Assembly (NCBI GenBank): GCA_030830785.1
Contig: JAURMI010000007.1
Location: 49,383-113,382 of the forward strand
DNA length: 64,000 nt
DNA from: Crocinitomicaceae bacterium
Lineage (GTDB): Bacteria; Bacteroidota; Bacteroidia; Flavobacteriales_D; Crocinitomicaceae
Reading direction: 5' to 3'
Shown: one piece after another, positions 28,338-39,631 of the stretch
Layout: each line of letters begins with the position of its first letter
Numbering within the stretch: the first letter of the stretch is position 1
Translations under genes and position numbers: made by a program
The notes under the pieces: generated by a model
The model's input: only the letters and a program-made list of their open reading frames with translations
Told to the model about the DNA's origin: nothing
The model's database searches: none

Positions 28338-29758
28338 CAAAACTGAAAATAAATAAATGTTTGTTCGCCCCCTAGTTTGAGCCAAATGGCCAAAGCAAAA
28401 CTAAAATATATAGCCATTCGAAGGGGTTGCCATGTTGGAACACGCAATTGGCGTTCGTTGTGTCGCAGATACCAATCAATAAGTAGCAATATGCTGCCCA
28501 ACACGACTATACTCTTGCCTGAAATCATTCCCAGTTGGGTCCAATTTGTAAATATGCAGCTTATAAAACCTATAGCATTTTCCAAATTTTCTGCCCTAAA
28601 GAAAATCCATGCAAATGTCACAAATACAAAGGTGAGTATCATCTGACGAAGTTCCTTTAAAGAAGGCAAATGTTTATTTAAGGCAACAGTATCTGTGTTT
28701 TTTCGATTTCGCTTTAAAAGCAATAAAGGAAGAAATCCACAAGCATGTATAAAGCCCCAAACGATAAAATTCCAACTCGCTCCGTGCCAAAACCCACTCA
28801 CTAAAAAAATAATAAAGGTATTTCTCACCGACTTTGATAACCCTTGCCTAGAGCCGCCAAGGGGAATATAAAGATAGTCCTTGAACCAAGATGATAGCGA
28901 TATATGCCAGCGTCGCCAAAACTCTGCAATATCTCTTGAAAAATAGGGAAAACGAAAATTGCTAAGCAGCTCAAATCCGAACAGCTTAGCAGTTCCTAAT
29001 GCTATATCCGAATAACCTGAAAAATCACCGTAAATCTGAAATGCAAAACCAATTGCTGCCAAAAAGAGGGTAGGGCTATTGTAGTCAATGTAGTTCGTAA
29101 AAATTGGATCAATAACTTGAGCAATAGCATCGGCGATAACTACTTTTTTGAATAGCCCCCATAAAATTAGTCTACAGCCTTCTAATGCTTGTTGATATGA
29201 AAATTTTCTTGCTTTTTGAACTTGCGGCAACAAATGCCCTGCTCGTTCAATTGGCCCAGCCACCAATAGAGGAAAGAAACTGACAAAAACCGCATAGTCG
29301 ATAAAGTTTTTTACTGGTCTTTGATGATTGCGATAGATATCAAAAACATAGGACATGCCATGAAAGGTATAAAACGAAATTCCAACAGGAAGCGCAACGT
29401 TTAATAAAACCGGATTGGTATGAAAACCAATAAGTTCAAGCCCTTCTTGAAACTGTGTGACAAAGAAATTATAGTACTTAAAAATTGCTAAAATGCCAAG
29501 ATTGTTGAAAATACTCAACCATAAAAAAACCTTTGCTTTTTTCTTGTTACTTGAGCTTACCCCAAAGCCATAAAAATAATCTAGAGTTGTACTAAGTAGC
29601 AGTAAACCCATAAACTGCCAACTCCACCAACCATAAAAGAAGTAGCTTGCCAGTAGAATTAATAAATTCTGCAAAACAATTTTTCGCTGAAATACGAACC
29701 AATATAGTGCAAAAACGATTGGTAGAAAGCCAAAAAATTCAAAAGAGTTGAAGAGCAT
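28337..29758 (-). CDS. MBOAT family O-acyltransferase (AlgI/DltB-like)
   Basis: MLFNS, LPVGISFYTF, GPIER, DFSGYSD, FWRRWHISLS, GFWHGA. Confidence 0.93.
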   Translation of the reverse strand: MLFNSFEFFGFLPIVFALYWFVFQRKIVLQNLLILLASYFFYGWWSWQFMGLLLLSTTLDYFYGFGVSSSNKKKAKVFLWLSIFNNLGILAIFKYYNFFVTQFQEGLELIGFHTNPVLLNVALPVGISFYTFHGMSYVFDIYRNHQRPVKNFIDYAVFVSFFPLLVAGPIERAGHLLPQVQKARKFSYQQALEGCRLILWGLFKKVVIADAIAQVIDPIFTNYIDYNSPTLFLAAIGFAFQIYGDFSGYSDIALGTAKLFGFELLSNFRFPYFSRDIAEFWRRWHISLSSWFKDYLYIPLGGSRQGLSKSVRNTFIIFLVSGFWHGASWNFIVWGFIHACGFLPLLLLKRNRKNTDTVALNKHLPSLKELRQMILTFVFVTFAWIFFRAENLENAIGFISCIFTNWTQLGMISGKSIVVLGSILLLIDWYLRHNERQLRVPTWQPLRMAIYFSFALAIWLKLGGEQTFIYFQF

Positions 29759-29788
29759 CTTGGCCTAAAAATAGCAATTAAAAATCCA

Positions 29789-30847
29789 TTACTTAGATGA
29801 ATACATTTTTTGATAATAGCGCTGATAAGCTCCGCTGGTCACTTTTTTAACCCATTCTTTATTTGACAAGTACCAATCAATAGTGAGGTCAAGGCCTTGT
29901 TCAAAGCTTACTGTGGGTTGCCAGCCCAATGCTGAGCAAAGTTTAGAAGCGTCAATAGCATAGCGTTTATCATGTCCGGCACGGTCCTCTATATGAGTGA
30001 TCAAATTGGCAGAAGTACCAATTTCTCGGCCAAGTTTTTCATCCATACATTTACATAAAAAATTTACTAATTCTAGATTTGTCCATTCATTAAGTCCACC
30101 GATGTTATATGAATGCCCTATTTCTCCATTGTGAAAAATTGTATCAATTGCCTTTGCATGGTCTTCAACCCAGAGCCAATCTCTGATATTATCCCCTTTT
30201 CCATAAACGGGTAAAGGTTTGTTTTCAATAATATTGTGAATCATCAACGGGATTAATTTTTCTGGAAATTGATGTGATCCATAATTATTAGAGCAGTTAC
30301 TTATTTTTATAGGGAGCCCAAATGTATGATAGTAAGCCCGAACAAAATGGTCTGAGGAAGCTTTCGATGCCGAGTATGGGCTTCTTGGGTCATATGGACT
30401 ACTTTCATTAAAAAACCCGCTTTCTCCAAGGCTACCATATACTTCATCGGTTGAAATATGATGAAAGACATGGTTACTTTTGTTGGACCATGATGTACGC
30501 GCCACCTCCAAAAGTTTTACCGTGCCAACTACATTAGATAAAACAAATTCCATGGGGCCATGTATTGATCGATCAACATGACTTTCAGCGGCCAAATGGA
30601 TGACATCGGTTATTTGATAATCTGAAAATACGCGTTCAATAGCCTTCTGGTCACAAATATCGGCGTGTACAAAACAGTAATTGGGAGCTTCTTGGATATC
30701 GGTAAGATTTTCCAAATTCCCGGCATAAGTTAGTTTATCTAAGTTGACAATTCTATAGTTGGGATATTTTTGCACCAAAAGGCGAACAACATGTGAGCCA
30801 ATAAACCCAGCGCCACCAGTTACAAGAATATGTTTGTCAAATGTCAT
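29789..30847 (-). CDS. rfbB: dTDP-glucose 4,6-dehydratase
   Basis: GGAGFIG, DKLTYAGN, AAESHVDRS, STDEVYG, YSASK. Confidence 0.96.
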   Translation of the reverse strand: MTFDKHILVTGGAGFIGSHVVRLLVQKYPNYRIVNLDKLTYAGNLENLTDIQEAPNYCFVHADICDQKAIERVFSDYQITDVIHLAAESHVDRSIHGPMEFVLSNVVGTVKLLEVARTSWSNKSNHVFHHISTDEVYGSLGESGFFNESSPYDPRSPYSASKASSDHFVRAYYHTFGLPIKISNCSNNYGSHQFPEKLIPLMIHNIIENKPLPVYGKGDNIRDWLWVEDHAKAIDTIFHNGEIGHSYNIGGLNEWTNLELVNFLCKCMDEKLGREIGTSANLITHIEDRAGHDKRYAIDASKLCSALGWQPTVSFEQGLDLTIDWYLSNKEWVKKVTSGAYQRYYQKMYSSK

Positions 30848-30851
30848 GATT

Positions 30852-32147
30852 TTATAATGACCAATAAGTTAAATCTTTTATTCTGTTTCGATAAATACCC
30901 TTTACATCGACGAAAATACCTTTCCCATCTTTTAAAAGACTTTTAAAATAAGACTCGTCATAATTCATATATTCATTGTGATTCACTGCTAAAATAATCG
31001 CATCGTAATCATTGCGCAAAACAGAGGTAAGACTTAAACCGTATTCGTGTTCCATTTCCAGCGAGTCTGCATGTGGGTCTATGAGGTCTACATTAATTTG
31101 AAAGGATTGTAATTCAGAAATCACATCGGTTACTTTTGAATTTCGAATGTCAGATACGTTTTCCTTAAAAGTAGCACCCATTACCAGAACATGGGCTTCT
31201 TGAATGATTTTTCCTTGAGCAATTATTTTTTTGGCAGTTTGTTTGCCAATATAAAAGCCCATAGAGTCATTTACATAACGCCCTGAATTAATTACCTTGG
31301 AATGGTAACCAACTTGTGTTGCTTTATGAACCAAATAATATGGGTCTACGCCGATGCAATGCCCACCAACTAGGCCAGGGTAAAATTTTAAAAAATTCCA
31401 TTTTGTTCCAGCAGCTTCAAGGACATCAAAGGTGTTAATTTGAAGTTTATTAAATATAATGGAAAGCTCGTTTACTAAAGAAATATTAACGTCGCGTTGT
31501 GTGTTTTCTACAATTTTTGCGGCTTCTGCTACTTTAATACTTGTGGCACGATGCACTCCAGCTTCAACTACTAATTCATAGGTAAGAGCGATTTGATCTA
31601 AAGAATGCTTACAACAGCCCGACACAATTTTCATGACATTTTGTAGTGTATGCTCCTTATCTCCTGGATTGATACGTTCTGGGGAATAACCAACCATAAA
31701 ATCTTCTTGGAATTTTAACCCGGATTTTTCCTCAAGAATAGGTATGCAGTCCTCCTCGGTACAGCCTGGATATACGGTTGATTCGTAAACTACATAATCC
31801 CCTTTTTTAAGTACCGCACCCACGGTTTCGCTCGCACTAAGCAATGGTTTTAAGTCTGGAAGATTTGTATCGTCAATAGGCGTAGGTACCGCTACAATAT
31901 AAAATTTGGCTTGGGATAAGTCGGATAAATTACTGGTAAAGGCTATACTTCTTTGCTTAAAATATGAAGAATCAAGTTCTCTACTTGGGTCTTCACCACG
32001 TTTCATTTGTGCGATGCGTTCTGCATTAATATCAAAGCCAATCACATCAATATGCTTTGCAAATTCAAGGGCAATGGGTAGTCCTACATAACCCAAGCCA
32101 ATGACGGCAAGTTTTGCATTTTTGTCGATGAGGTCCTGGTAAATCAT
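30852..32147 (-). CDS. UDP-N-acetylhexosamine 6-dehydrogenase (WbpA/WbpO/TviB-like)
   Basis: GLGYVG, ESTVYPG, SPERINPGD, GGHCIGVDP. Confidence 0.88.
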   Translation of the reverse strand: MIYQDLIDKNAKLAVIGLGYVGLPIALEFAKHIDVIGFDINAERIAQMKRGEDPSRELDSSYFKQRSIAFTSNLSDLSQAKFYIVAVPTPIDDTNLPDLKPLLSASETVGAVLKKGDYVVYESTVYPGCTEEDCIPILEEKSGLKFQEDFMVGYSPERINPGDKEHTLQNVMKIVSGCCKHSLDQIALTYELVVEAGVHRATSIKVAEAAKIVENTQRDVNISLVNELSIIFNKLQINTFDVLEAAGTKWNFLKFYPGLVGGHCIGVDPYYLVHKATQVGYHSKVINSGRYVNDSMGFYIGKQTAKKIIAQGKIIQEAHVLVMGATFKENVSDIRNSKVTDVISELQSFQINVDLIDPHADSLEMEHEYGLSLTSVLRNDYDAIILAVNHNEYMNYDESYFKSLLKDGKGIFVDVKGIYRNRIKDLTYWSL

Positions 32148-32152
32148 GAGTT

Positions 32153-33184
32153 TTAATGTTGATTATTTAATTGTGCATCGCGCACGGCATAAATTCGTTC
32201 AATAATATCTACGACTTTCATTCCTTCTAGCGCATTTGTGGTGGCTTCAGATTGACCATTAAGCGTTTGGATAACGTTTGAGATCACATAGTTGTGATTT
32301 GCTGCAGATCCTTTATATGGACCATAGTCGTTTCCTGGATTTGTTGGAGATAACTGAGGCATCTGGTAGTTTTCGATATTGCAAATCTCAACCTCATTCA
32401 TGTACTGACCTCCAATTTTTACCGATCCATTTTGTCCAATAATGGTCATACTAGACTCTAGGTTCTTATTGGCGACGGCTGTAGAATAATTTAGGCTTCC
32501 CATTCCTCCGTTAATAAAGTCAAAACTTACAAATCCAGAATCTTCAAAATCCGTTAAATTTTTATGTTTGAAATCGGCAAATTTGCCTTGAATGTTTTCA
32601 ATATCTCCAAAAAGCCAAAACATGATGTCTATGAAGTGACTAAATTGAGTAAAAAGGGTTCCGCCATCTAGTTCTTGTGTGCCTTTCCACCCACCTGCCT
32701 TGTAATAACGTTCATCACGGTTCCAATAGCAATTGAGCTGAACCATATAAATGTCACCCAGTACCTTGCGATCGACAACATCTTTTATCCATACAGAAGG
32801 TGGAGAATAACGGTTTTGCATGACGCAAAAAACTTGCTTAGAAACTTGCAGCGCTTTATAAATTATTTGCTCGCAACTTTTTTTTGTTAGGCCCATTGGT
32901 TTTTCGCAAACGACGTGTTTTTGCGCATCAAGTGCCATTAATGCTAATTCTGCATGGATCCCGTTTGGCGTACAAATATTTACCACGTCAAATTCAATAT
33001 TACTTTTGAGTAAGTCTGAAAGTTGGTTAAAAAAGGGCACATTGAAAACTGAAGCTTCGCATTCTTCAGTTCCACGTGGATCTACCATTGCTACTAATTC
33101 TCCTGCTGAATCTCGCATAATCATTTCGGCATGGCGCTTACCAATATGTCCTGCCCCTACTACGGCAAATTTTATTTTACTCAT
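32153..33184 (-). CDS. Gfo/Idh/MocA oxidoreductase (WbpB/WlbA-like 3-dehydrogenase)
   Basis: GAGHIG, CEKP, QNRY, WKGT..LDGG; gene context. Confidence 0.82.
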   Translation of the reverse strand: MSKIKFAVVGAGHIGKRHAEMIMRDSAGELVAMVDPRGTEECEASVFNVPFFNQLSDLLKSNIEFDVVNICTPNGIHAELALMALDAQKHVVCEKPMGLTKKSCEQIIYKALQVSKQVFCVMQNRYSPPSVWIKDVVDRKVLGDIYMVQLNCYWNRDERYYKAGGWKGTQELDGGTLFTQFSHFIDIMFWLFGDIENIQGKFADFKHKNLTDFEDSGFVSFDFINGGMGSLNYSTAVANKNLESSMTIIGQNGSVKIGGQYMNEVEICNIENYQMPQLSPTNPGNDYGPYKGSAANHNYVISNVIQTLNGQSEATTNALEGMKVVDIIERIYAVRDAQLNNQH

Positions 33185-33752
33185 CTGTTTTAGTTACTAA
33201 GCCTTCATAAAGTTGATAATTCTGCCCACTTTCAGGGCAAACGGCACGTCCTTGGGCATTAAATTCAAGTCTGTGTCCATATTCAGACATCCAACCAATT
33301 TGTCTTGCGGGATTGCCTACCACTAAAGCGTATGGGGGAACATGTTTAGTAACAACAGCACCTGCCCCAATAAAGGCGTATTCTCCTATGTCATGCCCGC
33401 AAATAATGGTGGCATTGGCACCAATACTTGCACCTTTACCAACATGCGTTTTAGCAAAACTATCTTGTCGGTTTATAGCACTTCGCGGATTAATGACATT
33501 GGTGAAAACCATTGATGGACCTAAAAACACATCATCAGCACACTCAACACCAGTATATATGCTAACATTATTTTGCACCTTAACATTATTTCCTAGCACC
33601 ACTTTTGGGCTAATCACTACATTTTGTCCAATATTGCATTTCTCTCCAAGCACACATCCTGTCATCAAGTGTGAAAAATGCCAGATTTTGGTTTCATTGC
33701 CAATTTGGCAATCATCATCTATTACTGCTGTTGGATGTGCAAAGTAGCTCAT
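33177..33752 (-). CDS. Hexapeptide-repeat N-acetyltransferase (WbpD/WlbB-like)
   Basis: [32 protein letters not shown]. Confidence 0.88.
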   Translation of the reverse strand: MSYFAHPTAVIDDDCQIGNETKIWHFSHLMTGCVLGEKCNIGQNVVISPKVVLGNNVKVQNNVSIYTGVECADDVFLGPSMVFTNVINPRSAINRQDSFAKTHVGKGASIGANATIICGHDIGEYAFIGAGAVVTKHVPPYALVVGNPARQIGWMSEYGHRLEFNAQGRAVCPESGQNYQLYEGLVTKTDE

Positions 33753-34738
33753 TATTTAGTAATGTATTGTTCAAAATTGTTGTGTTCTGTATGGCGCAAA
33801 TCATCAGCCGAAAGGCTTCTAAAATAAGCAAATGTGCGCTTTAGCCCATCCTTTCTATCAATTTTTGGTTCCCAATCTAATATTGAACGCGCCTTAGTAA
33901 TATCGGGTTGACGTTGTTTTGGATCATCGATTGGAAGATCTTTGAATACCACTTTTTGATTTGTATTTGAAAGAGCAATTATTTCTTTGGCAAATTGTTC
34001 AATGGTAATTTCATCAGGGTTACCTAGATTAATGGGGTCTACATGGTCAGAATGTAATAACCGAACTATACCTTCAATAAGGTCATCAACGTAACAGAAG
34101 CTTCTTGTTTGAGAACCATCTCCAAAAATAGTGAGGTCTTCGCCCCTCAATGCTTGCCCTATGAAAGCGGGGAGTACACGACCATCATTCAATCGCATTC
34201 TTGGGCCATAAGTATTAAAAATACGCGCGATGCGTGTTTGTATACCGTGAAAATTATGATAAGCCATTGTGATCGCTTCTTGAAATCGCTTGGCCTCATC
34301 ATAGACACCTCGCGGACCAACAGGGTTAACGTTACCCCAATAACTCTCAGGCTGAGGATGAACGCTAGGATCCCCATATACTTCAGAAGTGCTTGCTATC
34401 ATGAGTCGAGCTCCTTTTGATTTTGCCAAGCCCAAACAGTTATGAATGCCGAGCGACCCTACTTTTAGGGTCTGGATTGGAATCTTTAAATAATCAATTG
34501 GGCTAGCAGGCGAAGCAAAATGCAATATGTAATGTAAATCACCAGGAATATGAATGAATTTGCTCACGTCGTGGTGGTAAAATTCAAAGTTTGATTTGCA
34601 AAAAAGGTGTTCAATATTTTTTAACCGCCCTGTAATAAGGTTGTCCATGCCAATTACGTGGTATCCGTCGTTAATAAAACGATCACAGAGATGAGAGCCC
34701 AAAAAGCCGGCTGCCCCGGTTACCAAAACACGTTTCAT
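33752..34738 (-). CDS. UDP-glucuronate decarboxylase (UDP-xylose synthase) family SDR
   Basis: [38 protein letters not shown]. Confidence 0.9.
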   Translation of the reverse strand: MKRVLVTGAAGFLGSHLCDRFINDGYHVIGMDNLITGRLKNIEHLFCKSNFEFYHHDVSKFIHIPGDLHYILHFASPASPIDYLKIPIQTLKVGSLGIHNCLGLAKSKGARLMIASTSEVYGDPSVHPQPESYWGNVNPVGPRGVYDEAKRFQEAITMAYHNFHGIQTRIARIFNTYGPRMRLNDGRVLPAFIGQALRGEDLTIFGDGSQTRSFCYVDDLIEGIVRLLHSDHVDPINLGNPDEITIEQFAKEIIALSNTNQKVVFKDLPIDDPKQRQPDITKARSILDWEPKIDRKDGLKRTFAYFRSLSADDLRHTEHNNFEQYITK

Positions 34739-36057
34739 GCATTATTATTTATAGTTCTTCTTCCAATACTACTATAGTAAAAACCTTTATCAGTCATTTC
34801 ATCCATGTCATAAAGGTTTCTCCCGTCAAAGATAACGCTATCTGCCATGAGGTCTTTCATTGCGTTAAAATTTGGGTTTCTAAATGCGCTCCATTCAGTG
34901 CATATAATAAGCGCATCTGCATCTGAAAGCGCACTGTATTGGTCCTTAGCAAATGTGATTTTTTCACCATAGATAGCCTCAACATTTTGCATGGCTTCGG
35001 GATCATATACAATTACTTTTGCGCCGGCGGCTAAAATTGAATCAATCAAAAAAAGCGAAGGTGCTTGACGGATGTCATCTGTATCGGGTTTGAACGCCAA
35101 ACCCCAAACTGCAATTTTTTTACCACTTAGGTCTCCCCGAAAGAAATTTTTAATACGCGGTAAAAGAATTGTTTTTTGTTGTTCATTAACCTCTATGACC
35201 GCTTGAAGAATTTTAAAATCGAATTGATGCTCTTGTCCTGATTTAAAAAGTGCTTTCACGTCTTTAGGAAAACATGAACCGCCATAGCCAATTCCCGGAA
35301 ACAAAAATCGCTTTCCTATGCGATTGTCAGAACCAATTCCTATTCGCACTTTATCGACATCGGCTCCAACAAGCTCACAAAAATTTGCAATTTCATTCAT
35401 GAATGTAATCTTTGTGGCTAAAAAGGAATTGGCAGCATATTTAGTTAATTCTGCAGATTTTTCATCCATAAAGTAAATTGGATTCCCTTGCCGAACAAAT
35501 GGTTTATAAAGACTTTCCATGATTTTAGCTGCCCGCTGATTTGAACAGCCAATTACAACGCGGTCTGGTTTCATGAAATCAGCAACTGCATAACCTTCTC
35601 GTAAAAATTCCGGGTTAGAAACTACCGCAAATTCTACAGTGCTATTTGCTGCTATAGCTTCATGGACCAAATGGGCAGTTCCGACAGGCACAGTACTTTT
35701 ATCTACGATAACTTTAAAGTCCTTAATGAGATTTCCCAGCTGGGTGGCGACATTTAATATATAAGATAAATCTGCAGATCCATCTTCTCCTGGGGGTGTT
35801 GGTAATGCCAAAAAGATTATTTCTGCATCCGAAATTCCATGGGCCAAATCGGTAGTGAATTTTAACCTTTCTGCTTTGATGTTTCGCTCTAATAGAATAT
35901 CGAGTTCGGGCTCATAAATGGGAATTATACCCTTTTGCAATTGTTCAACCTTCCATTTGTCAATATCAATACAGACTACAGTGTTGCCCATCTCGGCGAA
36001 ACAAGTTCCACTTACTAAGCCAACATAGCCCGTTCCTACAACTGCAATTCGTTTCAT
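34735..36057 (-). CDS. ugd: UDP-glucose 6-dehydrogenase
   Basis: [40 protein letters not shown]. Confidence 0.93.
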   Translation of the reverse strand: MKRIAVVGTGYVGLVSGTCFAEMGNTVVCIDIDKWKVEQLQKGIIPIYEPELDILLERNIKAERLKFTTDLAHGISDAEIIFLALPTPPGEDGSADLSYILNVATQLGNLIKDFKVIVDKSTVPVGTAHLVHEAIAANSTVEFAVVSNPEFLREGYAVADFMKPDRVVIGCSNQRAAKIMESLYKPFVRQGNPIYFMDEKSAELTKYAANSFLATKITFMNEIANFCELVGADVDKVRIGIGSDNRIGKRFLFPGIGYGGSCFPKDVKALFKSGQEHQFDFKILQAVIEVNEQQKTILLPRIKNFFRGDLSGKKIAVWGLAFKPDTDDIRQAPSLFLIDSILAAGAKVIVYDPEAMQNVEAIYGEKITFAKDQYSALSDADALIICTEWSAFRNPNFNAMKDLMADSVIFDGRNLYDMDEMTDKGFYYSSIGRRTINNNA

Positions 36058-37181
36058 TTGAAAAATGATTTGAAATTTTCTATAATATACGACAATTGTT
36101 CTTCATCTAATTCTGTATGAATAGGTAAACTCAAAACTTGGCTACAAAGTTCATCTGAAATTGGCAAATTAATATCGTTAAGCTTAAAGTGTGAAAACAT
36201 ATTCTGTCTGTGTGCCGCAATAGGATAATAAATCATGGTTGGAATGCCCGCATCTTTCAAGTGCGCTTGAAGTGCTGCTCGATCATAAAGAGTTAATTTT
36301 AGCGTATATTGATGAAAAACATGTTTTGAGTAGACATTTCTAAAAGGAATTTCTACTCCTGGAATTTGTGCAAATGCATTATCATATGCCGCTGCTACAG
36401 CGCGCCGTGCATCAATATAGTTATCGAGTTGCCTTAATTTTATTCTTAAAATGGCTGCTTGAATGGCGTCCAATCGGGAATTACAACCAACAATGTCATG
36501 GACATATTTTTTCTCTTGACCGTGATTGGCAATCATTTTGATTTTCTTTGCCAATTTGGCATCGTTGGTATATAATGCACCGCCGTCACCATAGCACCCC
36601 AAATTTTTACTCGGAAAAAACGATGTGCAACCTATGTGTCCCAATGTACCTGTTTTCTGAACACTTCCATCATTAAGATGAAAGTCGGAACCAATGGCTT
36701 GTGCGTTATCCTCTATTACAAAAAGGTTATGTTTGTTGGCAATTGACATTATTGCGTTTAAATCTGCAGCTTGCCCAAATAAATGGACCGGTACAATTGC
36801 CTTAGTTCTTGAAGTAATTGCATTCTCTATGGCTTCTGGTGAGATGCAAAAAGTACTCGGATCAACCTCAACAAAAACTGGGGTTAAACCTAAAAGCGCT
36901 ATCACTTCTGTTGTAGCTATGTAGGTAAAACTCGGTGTAATAACTTCGTCGCCTGATTTAAGGTCAAGGGCCATGAGAGCAATTTGCAACGCATCAGTGC
37001 CGTTGGCACATGGAATAACGTGCGTTGTATTTAAGTAAGACGCCAATTCACTTGAAAATGACTCGACCTCAACTCCTCCAATGAAGGTACTGCTCTGAAA
37101 AACAGAATTGATAGCGTCATCTATAGCCGGCTTGATTTTAAGATACTGAGTCGAGAGATCGACCATTTGGATGTCCTTCAT
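36054..37181 (-). CDS. DegT/DnrJ/EryC1/StrS aminotransferase (WbpE/WlbC-like)
   Basis: NGTDAL, EDNAQA, SFFPSKNLGCYGDGG, NSRLD. Confidence 0.9.
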   Translation of the reverse strand: MKDIQMVDLSTQYLKIKPAIDDAINSVFQSSTFIGGVEVESFSSELASYLNTTHVIPCANGTDALQIALMALDLKSGDEVITPSFTYIATTEVIALLGLTPVFVEVDPSTFCISPEAIENAITSRTKAIVPVHLFGQAADLNAIMSIANKHNLFVIEDNAQAIGSDFHLNDGSVQKTGTLGHIGCTSFFPSKNLGCYGDGGALYTNDAKLAKKIKMIANHGQEKKYVHDIVGCNSRLDAIQAAILRIKLRQLDNYIDARRAVAAAYDNAFAQIPGVEIPFRNVYSKHVFHQYTLKLTLYDRAALQAHLKDAGIPTMIYYPIAAHRQNMFSHFKLNDINLPISDELCSQVLSLPIHTELDEEQLSYIIENFKSFFK

Positions 37182-37212
37182 TCTGCTAAAATCTTGATTG
37201 AAGTTTAGTAAG

Positions 37213-37220
37213 CAAAGTTA
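37213..37220 (-). promoter_or_regulatory. -7 element TAACTTTG upstream of the nucleotide-sugar operon
   Basis: Exact TAnnTTTG match about 30 nt before the ATG. Confidence 0.65.
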
Positions 37221-37532
37221 AACAAACACTACTATATATAAATATTAATTGACAAAGAACTTCACTTTTCAAATCCAAGTTCAATATTTCATATAAATAA
37301 TCCAATCCCTTTTATCTATTGTTAGAGTTTAAACCCTCATTCGATTGAGCTTTAAAAAATTGGATAGCGATAAATAATTGGATAAATACCTTCAAAAATT
37401 ACATCTAATTTATTCTTAAATTTGATCCTCATAAATCCTATTAAGCTCGAGTGAGATTAACATGTTTGTTGTTTAATTGAAATACAAAGAACTAGATCCT
37501 GGATTTAAGAAGGAGTATAACACATTTTACAC

Positions 37533-38000
37533 ATGAGCAATATAAAAGACCTACTTACCAATTTCAATATTATTGATTTTGATCTCAAACGCCCTTGGGG
37601 AGGTTTTTATGTCATTGATGAGTCACAAGCACAGCAATTTGCCGATACCTTTTTTGATGGGCTTTCTATCGAGACCCTACTAATTGGCGGAAAATTGAGT
37701 CCAAAAATATTATTAGTTTCGCCAAATAAACGCTTGTCTTGGCAATACCACAATCGTCGTGCTGAAATTTGGCGCGTGATTAGCGGACCAGTGGCAGTTG
37801 TTAGAAGTAATACTGATGAAGAGGGAGAAATGATGGTGCATCAAGCTGGTGAATATATAAAACTCAATCAGGGTGAACGCCATAGATTAATAGGCTTGGA
37901 TCAGCAGGCAATCATTGCGGAGATATGGCAACATATTGATTTAGATCATCCTTCCGATGAGTTGGATATCATTCGCGTTCAAGATGATTTTGGCCGATAA
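37533..38000 (+). CDS. Cupin protein resembling the mannose-6-phosphate isomerase (type II, C-terminal) domain
   Basis: RPWGGF, LSWQYHNRRAEIW, RHRL, DIIRVQDDFGR; adjacent to pgi. Confidence 0.8.
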   Translation: MSNIKDLLTNFNIIDFDLKRPWGGFYVIDESQAQQFADTFFDGLSIETLLIGGKLSPKILLVSPNKRLSWQYHNRRAEIWRVISGPVAVVRSNTDEEGEMMVHQAGEYIKLNQGERHRLIGLDQQAIIAEIWQHIDLDHPSDELDIIRVQDDFGR

Positions 38001-38026
38001 ATACTTTCATTAAATGGATTAAAGAA

Positions 38027-39616
38027 ATGGCTTTAAAGGCAATTAACCCATCAAAAACTACTTCTTGGCAAAAACTACAAGTACATTTTGAGCAAGTCAA
38101 GGGTCAAAAAATGCAAAACTTGTTCGCCGCTGATGCCAAGCGAACTGAGAAAATGCATGTCAATTGGCAAGATTTTTGTCTAGATTACTCTAAAAATATT
38201 GCTACAGACCAAACGATCGAATTGCTGCTGCAATTGGCTCAGGAAATGGATTTGAAAAATTCCATAGAACAACTTTTTAATGGTGCCATAATTAATCAAA
38301 CTGAGCATAGAGCAGTACTTCATACAGCGCTAAGATCAAAGCAGTCAGAACCAATTGTTATTGATAATCAGGACATAATCCCAGAAATAGAGCGTGTAAA
38401 AGCTAGAATGAAAGCTTTTTCGCAAAAAATAATTTCTGGCCAACACAAAGGTTTTGCAGGTCATCCAATTACAGATATAGTTAACGTGGGTATTGGTGGT
38501 TCAGATCTTGGTCCTGCCATGATAACTGAAGCACTACAATTTTACAAAAACCGACTCAATGTCCATTTTGTTTCCAATATTGATGGCGATTATATTCAAG
38601 ATTTACTCGAAACGCTTGTGCCTGAAACCACGCTTTTTGTTGTAGTTTCAAAAACGTTTACCACTCAGGAAACTTTAACAAATGCCAATACCATCAAGGA
38701 TTGGTTCTTAAAAAGTGCTAATGAGAAAGACGTAAGTAAACATTTTGTTGCCGTTTCGACAAACCTTTTGAAAGCACAAGAATTTGGTATAGCCTCAGAC
38801 AACGTTTTTCCCATGTGGGATTGGGTAGGAGGCCGCTTTTCTTTGTGGGGGGCTGTGGGTCTTTCGATTTGTCTGTCAATAGGTTATGATCATTTTGAAA
38901 TGCTACTAGAAGGTGCTAACCAAATGGATTTACATTTCAAAAATGCAGAATTTGATTCAAATATTCCAGTAATGATGGCCTTGTTGAGCATTTGGTATAA
39001 TAATTTTTTTGGCTCACAGACAGAGGCTATTATTCCATACAGTCAGTATTTGCACAAATTGGTTCCGTACCTTCAACAAGGCATAATGGAAAGCAATGGC
39101 AAACATGTAGGCAGAGATGCAGAACGGGTTACATATCAGACTGGAACAATTGTTTGGGGCGAACCTGGTACAAATTCACAACATGCTTTTTTTCAATTAA
39201 TTCATCAAGGCACAAAATTAATCCCGACAGATTTTATTGGATTTAAAAAATCATTGCATGGCCATAAGGAACATCACGATAAATTGATGTCAAATTTCTT
39301 TGCTCAAAGCGAAGCATTATTAATGGGCCGGCCGCCAAAGTTGGGCTTAACTCCCTTCAAAGTTTTTGAAGGGAACAAACCAAGCAATACGCTTCTAATC
39401 GATAAATTGACGCCAAAAAGCCTAGGTTCGCTAGTAGCACTTTACGAACATAAACTTTTTGTTCAAGGTGTAATTTGGAATATCTTCAGTTTTGATCAAT
39501 GGGGTGTAGAATTAGGCAAAGAATTGGCCAATAGCATTTTAGAAGAGATTCAAACAGGAAAGCTTGCCAAGCATGATTCATCAACCCAATTCTTGTTAAA
39601 TAGATTTTTAAAATAA
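38027..39616 (+). CDS. pgi: Glucose-6-phosphate isomerase
   Basis: GIGGSDLGP, SKTFTTQET, WVGGRFS, MESNGK, FDQWGVELGK. Confidence 0.97.
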   Translation: MALKAINPSKTTSWQKLQVHFEQVKGQKMQNLFAADAKRTEKMHVNWQDFCLDYSKNIATDQTIELLLQLAQEMDLKNSIEQLFNGAIINQTEHRAVLHTALRSKQSEPIVIDNQDIIPEIERVKARMKAFSQKIISGQHKGFAGHPITDIVNVGIGGSDLGPAMITEALQFYKNRLNVHFVSNIDGDYIQDLLETLVPETTLFVVVSKTFTTQETLTNANTIKDWFLKSANEKDVSKHFVAVSTNLLKAQEFGIASDNVFPMWDWVGGRFSLWGAVGLSICLSIGYDHFEMLLEGANQMDLHFKNAEFDSNIPVMMALLSIWYNNFFGSQTEAIIPYSQYLHKLVPYLQQGIMESNGKHVGRDAERVTYQTGTIVWGEPGTNSQHAFFQLIHQGTKLIPTDFIGFKKSLHGHKEHHDKLMSNFFAQSEALLMGRPPKLGLTPFKVFEGNKPSNTLLIDKLTPKSLGSLVALYEHKLFVQGVIWNIFSFDQWGVELGKELANSILEEIQTGKLAKHDSSTQFLLNRFLK

Positions 39617-39631
39617 AAAAGCATCATTTCG

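Noticed and set aside
33313..33747. 144-aa antisense ORF with repetitive character
   Set aside because: Shadow frame of the hexapeptide-repeat acetyltransferase
37182..37532. Invertible (phase-variable) promoter for the polysaccharide genes
   Set aside because: No convincing inverted repeats flank the promoter and there is no recombinase or UpxY gene nearby
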